A DNA stretch of 32,837 nt from a virus (IMGVR_UViG_3300025608_000002:1-32837); one strand, 5' to 3'. Shown: positions 17,827 through 24,786, counted from the first letter of the stretch. A program made the numbers and translations. The notes: generated by a model not told the origin, from the sequence alone.

Positions 17827-19104
17827 TTATGTTTCTGGTACTCCAATTAATTCAAAGGTTTGATCGTGAATAGAAATTCCGTTTTCCCATAATCCTAACA
17901 TTCTAAGTGACCCATCCTTAATGTGATTAGTATCTACGCTATACACACTTTCTGATGTGTTAGACATATTTGCAATAATCGTCTGTGTGCAGATATCTCC
18001 ATTTGGGCCTACTGGAATCCCACCCTTAGACTGGAATATACCACTATATCCACTATCTATTGCGAGTGTAGAAATGGCATTAAGGTCTCCAACAACTAAA
18101 TTACCTAACCCAGCTCTAGTAATAAAAGCCTCGTCATTGGTTCTTCCAGAACCTGTAAAAGTCTCGATTCTGTGTGTAGACATAAATGCTGTATAACGAG
18201 ATCGAGCAAAATTATCTCCTGTTTTTTGATGAAGCTCAAATACATTTTGTAATTTAAACAAACTATCTGCAGGTCTATACACTACAGTATGATCTGGACT
18301 ATCCCAATTAGGTAATCTATTATCGCTTAAATGCCTTGTGTTTAGGAAGAATGGAGCTAAATCTGGGCTATGTACACCAAAAACATAGGATTTTGTCTTG
18401 CCTACATCTGGAAAAGTTAGCCAAGGGGCATCTTCATCATTTAGTTTGTTTGTTGCAGCACCTGTCAGATATTCTGGCAAAACAGTATCATTTTTTATTG
18501 TAAGAATAAATACACTTCGCTGTCCACTATCTTCCGCTAAAGAAACGACTGCATTTGGACAATCTAAAACAAACTGTATATTTTCTATATTAATAACAGG
18601 ATGGAATGTTTCCAATAGAACAGTTTCTCCATATGTATCTATATCCGATTGGGTTGAGGTGTATGTTATCGTTTGATCGTTTCCATCAGGGTGACTAGAT
18701 ATTGTTGTTGATGAGGGGACTGGCGTTCCTACTGCATCTAACCAATTTCCATCAAAACCAGAATGACCGACCATAAATGTATATTCGGATGGCATATTCC
18801 CTTTAATTCCTATTTTAGCATAGAAAGGCATCTTAATGCCAGAAAAGTTTATATCATAATCACCAATTTGTTTGCCTAACGTAGAAAACTCATACCTATG
18901 AATACCTATGCCAAAACCGATGTTTCTAGTATCGCCACAACTTATGGTAGTGGTTTCAACTACAGGCTCTGTTGGTTCTTCAAACGGTTCTTCTCCACCT
19001 CCTGTATCATCGCTTTCAACTCCGCCCTCAGAAACAGGCTTAGTTACATTTACGAAGTATGGACTTCTTACATTTATTTTTCTTAACTCTTCTTCTGACG
19101 CCAT
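17827..19104 (-). CDS. Putative tail protein with a variable domain
   Basis: 425-aa ORF with N-terminal KINVRSPYFV then an acidic Pro/Gly linker. Confidence 0.55.
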   Translation of the reverse strand: MASEEELRKINVRSPYFVNVTKPVSEGGVESDDTGGGEEPFEEPTEPVVETTTISCGDTRNIGFGIGIHRYEFSTLGKQIGDYDINFSGIKMPFYAKIGIKGNMPSEYTFMVGHSGFDGNWLDAVGTPVPSSTTISSHPDGNDQTITYTSTQSDIDTYGETVLLETFHPVINIENIQFVLDCPNAVVSLAEDSGQRSVFILTIKNDTVLPEYLTGAATNKLNDEDAPWLTFPDVGKTKSYVFGVHSPDLAPFFLNTRHLSDNRLPNWDSPDHTVVYRPADSLFKLQNVFELHQKTGDNFARSRYTAFMSTHRIETFTGSGRTNDEAFITRAGLGNLVVGDLNAISTLAIDSGYSGIFQSKGGIPVGPNGDICTQTIIANMSNTSESVYSVDTNHIKDGSLRMLGLWENGISIHDQTFELIGVPET

Positions 19105-19673
19105 TATACGAATTTTATTGTTTTACCTTTGAGATCAAAGCCTGCCTCCTTTAGAATATCCTCCACAGACTCTTTTACATCCTCCACTACAGGAGCAACT
19201 ACCTTTAGGTTTTTTAACTGTTCCTTTACGATTCTGTTTATGAATCCCGTTGGGCGAACTCCCTGATTTGCTATCTTTCGCTGAATTAACCTTGCTAGAT
19301 TCTGTACCTTTGGAGTACTGGTGCTTAGACCCTCCAGACTTTGTACTCCCCGAACCGACTTGTAGTTTACTGGCTTGCTTACTATCCATTGAGCTAATTC
19401 ATTTACATTTACTGTTTTTGGTTGATTCTGTTCGTTTAACCCTATTTCCTCTAAATAATCTATACCAACAATGTCGATACCTAGTCCTGTTTCTGTTTGG
19501 CTAGATAGCGTCCACTTAATACTATCTCTAGCAGCACCAGTATTGGTGATTCTAGGGTTAGCATACCCTTGTCTATCTGGTTGAGGTGTGTCCATCTCTC
19601 TTTTGAGTAATGAAACTAGCTTATCAGAATAGCTCTTTAGGTATGCGTTAGTATTTTTAGTTTTTATGGACAT
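19104..19673 (-). CDS. Putative tail completion/neck protein
   Basis: TGAARDSI..ARLIQRKIANQGVRPTGFI resembles HK97 gp10-like neck proteins. Confidence 0.5.
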   Translation of the reverse strand: MSIKTKNTNAYLKSYSDKLVSLLKREMDTPQPDRQGYANPRITNTGAARDSIKWTLSSQTETGLGIDIVGIDYLEEIGLNEQNQPKTVNVNELAQWIVSKPVNYKSVRGVQSLEGLSTSTPKVQNLARLIQRKIANQGVRPTGFINRIVKEQLKNLKVVAPVVEDVKESVEDILKEAGFDLKGKTIKFV

Positions 19674-20155
19674 TGGCTTCCGTCTGCATTAATTAACGCC
19701 ATATCATTATTTGGCATATTAATATTAACTGTCATCGACCATCCTGTTACTTTGTTTTCGAATCTATCTTCGAATAATTGTGCTGTAGGGTTTCCTTCTA
19801 TCTCGTAGTTAGCATCATACATACCGCCTCTACGTAAAGAAGATTGGATACCGTTTATAACATTCAGTAGTGAGTTGTGAATATCGTGAGTATTGTCTAA
19901 GCCTAGGTGTGGGTTATCTTTAGATAATTTATCATCTTTATCATCATCAACCATATCCATCACAATTATATTCAGAGATACGGTCATAATATATTCCTGA
20001 AAGGTAATAGAAGATATGCCAACGTGGGCTAACGGAAATATTGTCTGCTTTGACAAATCTACCTCTAATAGATCGCCAAAGGTAACTGTATTGATCAAAC
20101 TGCTGCCATCTAAGTAGGCGAATAGCTTATCGATTAAGTTGTAGTATGTTTTCAT
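19664..20155 (-). CDS. Putative tail terminator protein
   Basis: TVTFGDLLEVDLSKQTIFPLAHV..FEDRFENKVTGW. Confidence 0.55.
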   Translation of the reverse strand: MKTYYNLIDKLFAYLDGSSLINTVTFGDLLEVDLSKQTIFPLAHVGISSITFQEYIMTVSLNIIVMDMVDDDKDDKLSKDNPHLGLDNTHDIHNSLLNVINGIQSSLRRGGMYDANYEIEGNPTAQLFEDRFENKVTGWSMTVNINMPNNDMALINADGSQCP

Positions 20156-20425
20156 TGTTTATATTGTTTTCGTATCATTTTAGCTTCTAGTTCATTCTTC
20201 TCCTTCTCAAACGTTAGGAATGTTAGGCATTGGTGGAGTGAGACTTTCGTAACTTCATCAAATCTTCTGACATCTCCTTTAGCAAGCGCATAGACACTTT
20301 GATACCATCCCCACTTTTTTCCAAAGCCATCCTCACTTGAGATGTTAGTTCCTCTTTCTGAAGAGTCTTCTCCATAAAGTTCAGGGTAGTCGCTGACAAC
20401 TCGATCCCTAAATGATAAAAAAAAA
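20152..20425 (-). CDS. -1 frameshift extension of the tail assembly chaperone (fusion ~255 aa)
   Basis: -1 frame ORF (FLSFRDRVV..KKWGWYQSVYALAKGD) entered at the U9 run 20425-20417. Confidence 0.7.
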
Positions 20426-20918
20426 GCGTACAACTCATCACAACACTTAACGGCATCTCTTTCATTAACTCGTTTATCTCATCATTAGGGTCATATGGAG
20501 CAATAGTGTATCTTTCGCCCTTCCTAAAATTGACTGGACGGTATAGTACAGCCATAGCTTTATGCATATCATCCCAGTTTCCGAAGTAATTCTCTATATC
20601 GATGTACTCACCTAAAGACATATCATCTAGTTTAGGAATGAATCCCATATCAACATCCAACAGTTTGAAGTGGCGAATAAGATCATAATCCTTCTCAAAA
20701 GCCATTTTAAGCACTTTTAAGAGACTTTCTATGTCTCGGTAAGGTATCTTATCCACTAGGTCGTATTCGATGCCGCAAAACGCCTCTATGAGCTTCTTGT
20801 TGATAAACTCTGCATCCTTTACCTCATCTTTACCCTTTATTGCGCCCAAATAATATTGGTACTGCCCTAAGGATATCTCATCTAAGCTGTCTGGTACGAT
20901 TAACTTTACTTCTTCCAT
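20223..20918 (-). CDS. Putative tail assembly chaperone (zero-frame product)
   Basis: VPDSLDEISLGQYQ, GFIPKLDDMSLGEYIDIE, HKAMAVLYRP; internal slippery site. Confidence 0.65.
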   Translation of the reverse strand: MEEVKLIVPDSLDEISLGQYQYYLGAIKGKDEVKDAEFINKKLIEAFCGIEYDLVDKIPYRDIESLLKVLKMAFEKDYDLIRHFKLLDVDMGFIPKLDDMSLGEYIDIENYFGNWDDMHKAMAVLYRPVNFRKGERYTIAPYDPNDEINELMKEMPLSVVMSCTLFFYHLGIELSATTLNFMEKTLQKEELTSQVRMALEKSGDGIKVSMRLLKEMSEDLMKLRKSHSTNA

Positions 20919-20926
20919 CTAAGTAT

Positions 20927-20949
20927 TAACTGGTTTTAAGGTTTGTGTA
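20927..20949 (-). promoter_or_regulatory. Candidate late (ECF-type) promoter at the head of the tail operon
   Basis: TAC-N16-GTTA, 8 nt upstream of ATG 20918. Confidence 0.45.
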
Positions 20950-20959
20950 CTGAAGGTAA

Positions 20960-21140
20960 CTTCCATCTGATAGATTGGCACCTCTATACATACTGTATAC
21001 ATACATAAAGTATTTATACATACTATATACATTAGTGTATATATACTGTATACTTGTATACTGTATGTAAGATATATATAAAACCTTAGTTATATTATAT
21101 ATACTATTATATATATATGTGACAAAATGACAGTTGGAGA
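20960..21140. other. Putative replication origin B: TA/GTATAC-rich tract flanked by divergent 21-bp motifs
   Basis: TGACAAAATGACAGTTGGAGA at 21120-21140; 14/21 inverted copy at 20980-20960; AT-rich tract between them. Confidence 0.5.
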
Positions 21141-21145
21141 TGCAT

Positions 21146-21469
21146 CTATTTATTGTTGTCATAGTAGTGACAGTATAATTCATAGATTTTTAAGTTAGCC
21201 TCCTGCTGGGTATAGGAATTTGGCGATAAAGCTATTATTCCATTATTGTCGACAAATATCTTAACTAAGCTATCCTCGTAAGGATTCTTAATCTTAGTCA
21301 CACTAACTTTGTACCTTTCTTTACCTGATGTCCTCCATTCTTTAGTCAGATACTCTTCGCCTAAGTTTATATGTATTTTAATGCCATTAGAGAAACACCA
21401 ATGCATACATTTATCCTGATCTTCCCTGTACATAGGTATACCACTTATCTTATTTTGCCTCTTAGCCAT
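21146..21469 (-). CDS. Hypothetical protein
   Basis: 107 aa from ATG 21469 (MAKRQ), directly behind a consensus promoter. Confidence 0.7.
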   Translation of the reverse strand: MAKRQNKISGIPMYREDQDKCMHWCFSNGIKIHINLGEEYLTKEWRTSGKERYKVSVTKIKNPYEDSLVKIFVDNNGIIALSPNSYTQQEANLKIYELYCHYYDNNK

Positions 21470-21472
21470 ACA

Positions 21473-21504
21473 CAAATATAGTCAATTACAGTCACACCAG
21501 CAAA
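21473..21504 (-). promoter_or_regulatory. Bacteroidota housekeeping promoter
   Basis: TTTG (21504-21501), N20, TATATTTG (21480-21473). Confidence 0.8.
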
Positions 21505-21750
21505 TGTATCTGTCAGTTGGAAACTAAGTCCTGTGTAGAGAGTAGGGTAATAAGGTATAATACGTTCCCTTTTCGGCAGAGTACCTCAAATAAGCCCATT
21601 TAAGCCACTCAAATTGCTTCAGGCATACCAATATACCACTCAATAGGTAAAAGTGCAGGAAATCGCTTTAAAATGGCAAACAGGGCTATCAAATCGACCT
21701 TTTTTAATTCAATCTACAATGATTTCCAACAACTTACAAAAATATAGCAC

Positions 21751-21776
21751 AAAAAAAGAGGGCTTAAAAGCCCCCT
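21751..21776 (-). terminator. Intrinsic terminator closing the accessory operon
   Basis: AGGGGGCTT-TT-AAGCCCTCT followed by a U tract. Confidence 0.85.
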
Positions 21777-21813
21777 ATAAATTTAATTAGTTAATCTAAA
21801 AACGTCATTAATT

Positions 21814-21951
21814 TTATTTTATTTCAGGTAAACCAAAGTCATTTATCTCAATGCTAAGGTCTAAAGGTGCGCCACAATCTTCGCCTTCACAATTAAAATT
21901 TTCTTCGGGGTTATCATACCCGCAAAAGTTGCAAATGTTTTTCGTTTTCAT
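21814..21951 (-). CDS. 45-aa Cys4 zinc-ribbon-like peptide, not in the ORF track
   Basis: MKTKNICNFCGYDNPEENFNCEGEDCGAPLDLSIEINDFGLPEIK. Confidence 0.75.
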   Translation of the reverse strand: MKTKNICNFCGYDNPEENFNCEGEDCGAPLDLSIEINDFGLPEIK

Positions 21952-21958
21952 AGTGTTG

Positions 21959-22243
21959 TTATTTCATTTCGTTTAATGCTTCTTTGATTTGCTCAATGTG
22001 CATCAATCTAATTTTATTACTTTCTTTGACTGTTAAAGATATGATTGACGCCAAATCCTGTAACAGATTAGCGGCGTTAAAAATTAGATGTCTTTGTTTA
22101 TTTGGTTCCCCATATGACAAACATAATTCACCATCTGAGGCGCTAAGTGTGTTTATTTCGTGGATGTATCGAAATTGTTTTAAGCTTTCAACCATTTCTT
22201 TTAATTGCTTAATTTCCTGTTGTAGTTCTTTTTTAGTTTTCAT
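21959..22243 (-). CDS. Hypothetical protein with N-terminal coiled coil
   Basis: ORF track; ATGA-coupled to the upstream gene. Confidence 0.75.
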   Translation of the reverse strand: MKTKKELQQEIKQLKEMVESLKQFRYIHEINTLSASDGELCLSYGEPNKQRHLIFNAANLLQDLASIISLTVKESNKIRLMHIEQIKEALNEMK

Positions 22244-22494
22244 AATGTAATTATTTTTCCTTTTATGTTTAATGTAGTTGTATTATCCCGCCAAAAAATA
22301 GCGCTACTTTTTAAGGCTGTTGCCAATTGTTTGCGGTGATGGTATTCTCTTTCTCTTTGTACTGGATCTAATAAGCGCAAATAAAACGTTTTAAGGCGTT
22401 CGGCTTTGTCTTTTATAGGTTTTATCGGGTTACTGTTTAAAACGCCGTTGAGGTGCTTTATTTTAGCGTTAATTTGCTTTGTGGTTAGTTTCAT
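22240..22494 (-). CDS. Hypothetical basic protein
   Basis: ORF track; 4-bp overlaps on both sides. Confidence 0.75.
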   Translation of the reverse strand: MKLTTKQINAKIKHLNGVLNSNPIKPIKDKAERLKTFYLRLLDPVQREREYHHRKQLATALKSSAIFWRDNTTTLNIKGKIITL

Positions 22495-22733
22495 TGTATG
22501 ATGTTTTTTTGTATTAATGTTTCCTTATAAGTTTGTTCGGGGTTTTCGTCCTCAATACTTTTATAATATTGCAATATTTCTTTTTGGTATTGCTCAAAGT
22601 TGTGGGCCTGTTCTGTATATCTGAACTGGCTTATTTTTTGGATCATATCGGAAAGGCTAAAATTTTCATCCCTTTCTTTTAACTTTATTTCTATATAGTA
22701 TGCAATAAAATTTCTCTTTTGAATTGGTCTCAT
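22491..22733 (-). CDS. Hypothetical protein
   Basis: ORF track; operon packing. Confidence 0.75.
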   Translation of the reverse strand: MRPIQKRNFIAYYIEIKLKERDENFSLSDMIQKISQFRYTEQAHNFEQYQKEILQYYKSIEDENPEQTYKETLIQKNIIQ

Positions 22734-22738
22734 ATTGT

Positions 22739-22849
22739 TTATATTTCTTCAGATTCGCAATGCTCTAAACATTGGCTGCAAATTTCGGTTTCTGTATGCC
22801 ATAATGAAGCACCACAACAATTGCTGACTATTTCTTTTATTTCTTTCAT
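22739..22849 (-). CDS. 36-aa Cys-rich metal-binding peptide, not in the ORF track
   Basis: MKEIKEIVSNCCGASLWHTETEICSQCLEHCESEEI; preceded by the shared leader motif. Confidence 0.75.
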   Translation of the reverse strand: MKEIKEIVSNCCGASLWHTETEICSQCLEHCESEEI

Positions 22850-22866
22850 TGGTATAAATTTAATTT

Positions 22867-22900
22867 AGTTAATTACTATCCCATGGGATAGTAATTAACT
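22867..22900. repeat. Perfect 34-bp palindrome
   Basis: AGTTAATTACTATCCCATGGGATAGTAATTAACT equals its own reverse complement. Confidence 0.95.
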
Positions 22901-22908
22901 TTGGTTAA

Positions 22909-23637
22909 TTATAAAAATTTAAAGTCGGGATCGGTATTGATCACAAAGCCGCTTTGATCTTTCTTTGCTGCACCTTTTGCGCTTAAGGCTAAAATACTGT
23001 TTTTAGTATTGATCATTAGATCATCCGATTTGTCACCGTCTACTACTTTAAACCCTTTGTAGGTTTTCGGCAAATCACCTAAAAAAACCGCGCTTACATT
23101 TGCGCCTAGCTTTAAAGCTTCCAAAGTTTCGTTTTGGTTATCTTCAGCCCTACTAAAGGTCAAAAAGTAGTTTTTATGATTAATATACTTTTTTACTTTA
23201 CCTAATATCTTTGTATAATCATAAAAGACGGCATTGGATAAGGTTTCGACGTCTAAAGCAGCGTATTTTTTAAGTAAATAAATGAAATCTAAGTCGGACG
23301 TACCGTTTAAACGAAAGGCAACTTTTACGCCTGTTTTTAAGGCGGTTTTATGTTTTGTTATAATTTCCTTTGCTAGCTGCTGGATAAAAGTTTCTTTATT
23401 AGCCAAAAGGAATTCTGTTTTGTTTATACGGCTATTTTTTACGCTATTGAAAGCACCCCGCCCCGCTGAAAATAAACAGGATGCCGCACAACCTTTGGAT
23501 GCCTTTGGGCATATGTTTATACCTTTACTGTTCTGGTTATATGGTGAAAGATAAAGAATAAACGTTTTAAGATCGTTTTTCTTTGTTTTGGCGTTGGTAT
23601 TGCCGTTCGATAATAATTTTTTTGGTATTGTGTACAT
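22909..23637 (-). CDS. GP88-like protein with a Cx6Cx3C motif (putative Fe-S/radical-SAM-like)
   Basis: NICPKASKGCAASCLFSAGRG, FRLNGTSD, FYDYTK, YFLTFS, VVDGDKSD; family recalled from motifs, not searched. Confidence 0.6.
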   Translation of the reverse strand: MYTIPKKLLSNGNTNAKTKKNDLKTFILYLSPYNQNSKGINICPKASKGCAASCLFSAGRGAFNSVKNSRINKTEFLLANKETFIQQLAKEIITKHKTALKTGVKVAFRLNGTSDLDFIYLLKKYAALDVETLSNAVFYDYTKILGKVKKYINHKNYFLTFSRAEDNQNETLEALKLGANVSAVFLGDLPKTYKGFKVVDGDKSDDLMINTKNSILALSAKGAAKKDQSGFVINTDPDFKFL

Positions 23638-23661
23638 TTTTTGTCTTTTTATTGTTAGTGA

Positions 23662-23775
23662 TTAGTTAAGGTTAAAGCTTGCCACAAATGGCAGTAAGTA
23701 AATAATAGCACTATAAATTCCACCCATTAAAAAGGCTAGAAATAAGGCGTTTAATATTGTTTCTTTGTTTCTCAT
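23662..23775 (-). CDS. 37-aa single-TM peptide, not in the ORF track
   Basis: MRNKETILNALFLAFLMGGIYSAIIYLLPFVASFNLN; leader nearly identical to that of 23811..24020. Confidence 0.7.
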   Translation of the reverse strand: MRNKETILNALFLAFLMGGIYSAIIYLLPFVASFNLN

Positions 23776-24048
23776 AATTGATAAATTTAATTTAGTGTTA
23801 ATTGTTATTTTTACTTTATTAATTTCCCTGGAGCATTTAAATCGATATTTGCACCATCATCATCATATTGCCCAAAATCCCAATTCTGCCAATATTTTAT
23901 AATTTCTTTTGCGAACGCTTTTGATGATACGCCTATGATGCGATCAGTATCCAAAGAAGCTACAAAGTATTTACATTCTTTTACATCATCCGCTCTGTTG
24001 TCTAAAATTTCGAATCTCATAATTGATAAATTTTTGTTAGTGTTAATT
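23770..24048 (-). repeat. Duplicated 34-bp leader/start region (23770-23803 and 24015-24048)
   Basis: AATTAACACTAA[ATT/CAA]AAATTTATCAATTATGAGA, 31/34 identical; shorter variants at 22854-22874 and 21777-21795. Confidence 0.85.
23811..24020 (-). CDS. Hypothetical protein, first gene of the accessory operon
   Basis: ORF track; follows the promoter and leader motif. Confidence 0.75.
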   Translation of the reverse strand: MRFEILDNRADDVKECKYFVASLDTDRIIGVSSKAFAKEIIKYWQNWDFGQYDDDGANIDLNAPGKLIK

Positions 24049-24055
24049 ATTGGTA

Positions 24056-24085
24056 CAAATGTAAACTAATTTTTCCAACTGCAAA
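24056..24085 (-). promoter_or_regulatory. Bacteroidota promoter of the accessory operon
   Basis: TTTG (24085-24082), N18, TACATTTG (24063-24056); spacer contains CAGTTGGAAAA. Confidence 0.75.
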
Positions 24086-24107
24086 ACAAAAATAGCGAAA
24101 AAACGCT

Positions 24108-24126
24108 ATTTATATTCATTCTAAAT
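24108..24126. promoter_or_regulatory. Fur-box-like palindrome
   Basis: ATTTATATTCATTCTAAAT matches 16/19 of ATTTAGAATTATTCTAAAT, the Fur box I recall being reported for Riemerella anatipestifer. Confidence 0.5.
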
Positions 24127-24201
24127 AAGCCTTATATATATAATAGGACTGCAACAAATTAGCGTTAAAACGCTGAAGTACTATGCACGCATAGTATATG
24201 G

Positions 24202-24228
24202 AAAAAAGAAACCCCCGACTAAGGGGGG
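24202..24228 (-). terminator. Intrinsic terminator
   Basis: CCCCC-TTAGTC-GGGGG followed by TTTCTTTTTT. Confidence 0.8.
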
Positions 24229-24298
24229 TATTGAATTCACATTTGACCCTATTAGATTCACAAGGGTATTAAATTCACAAGGGGGTATTGAATTCACA
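24229..24298. repeat. Four 13-bp direct repeats TATT(G/A)(A/G)ATTCACA
   Basis: Copies start at 24229, 24250, 24267 and 24286; three are preceded by GGG, one by CCC. Confidence 0.9.
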
Positions 24299-24299
24299 T

Positions 24300-24458
24300 T
24301 TATATTGCGTTGTCTATCTTCCCTATAAGATATCTAGCCTCTGATCGCTCTAGTGTTATCTCTATAGGCTTTGAGTTCGGATAGGTTATGCTCAAAGAGT
24401 AGTAGTCTTCTCTGCTGGTTTCTTTTACCTCTACGTTGAAATCTTCTGGTTGGTTCAT
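24300..24458 (-). CDS. 52-aa hypothetical protein, not in the ORF track
   Basis: MNQPEDFNVEVKETSREDYYSLSITYPNSKPIEITLERSEARYLIGKIDNAI. Confidence 0.7.
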   Translation of the reverse strand: MNQPEDFNVEVKETSREDYYSLSITYPNSKPIEITLERSEARYLIGKIDNAI

Positions 24459-24461
24459 AAT

Positions 24462-24653
24462 TTATAATTCTAATTTATCTTCTAGTTCATACATCCACTT
24501 CTTATGGTCTGGCAACGCTACTTCTCCATTATCTAAAAGACCTTCCAATGTCTTTATGTGGTGTGTAACTAAGCTCGACATAAGAGCCACTTCTTTCTCT
24601 GTGTAGTAGTTTGCATACACATCATCTCCGTAACTATTCTTCTTTGTTCTCAT
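24462..24653 (-). CDS. Hypothetical protein
   Basis: ORF track; operon packing. Confidence 0.7.
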   Translation of the reverse strand: MRTKKNSYGDDVYANYYTEKEVALMSSLVTHHIKTLEGLLDNGEVALPDHKKWMYELEDKLEL

Positions 24654-24786
24654 ATGGTATCTTTCTAAATACTGTTTTTGATCTCTTATTCTCTATTGGA
24701 AATCCTGTTATAGGATTGTAAGCATAATGCCAGAAATCACTAGGCATTGGAGGCGAATCTTTTGCACCTCTAGTTTCTTCGTTCAT
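24634..24786 (-). CDS. 50-aa hypothetical protein, not in the ORF track
   Basis: MNEETRGAKDSPPMPSDFWHYAYNPITGFPIENKRSKTVFRKIPYENKEE; ATGA overlap with the upstream gene. Confidence 0.7.
   Translation of the reverse strand: MNEETRGAKDSPPMPSDFWHYAYNPITGFPIENKRSKTVFRKIPYENKEE

Noticed and set aside
19135-19389. 84-aa Ser/Lys/Gly-rich nested - strand ORF
   Set aside because: Alternative frame wholly inside 19104..19673 with no supporting signals
20926-21183. 85-aa Tyr/Ile-rich ORF
   Set aside because: It is the translation of the low-complexity TA tract and overlaps the neighbouring gene
22867-22900. Protelomerase (hairpin telomere) site
   Set aside because: No protelomerase or tyrosine-recombinase gene is recognisable, and the site lies mid-operon
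24229-24298. Mini CRISPR array
   Set aside because: Repeats are 13 bp with 4-8 bp spacers and there are no cas genes
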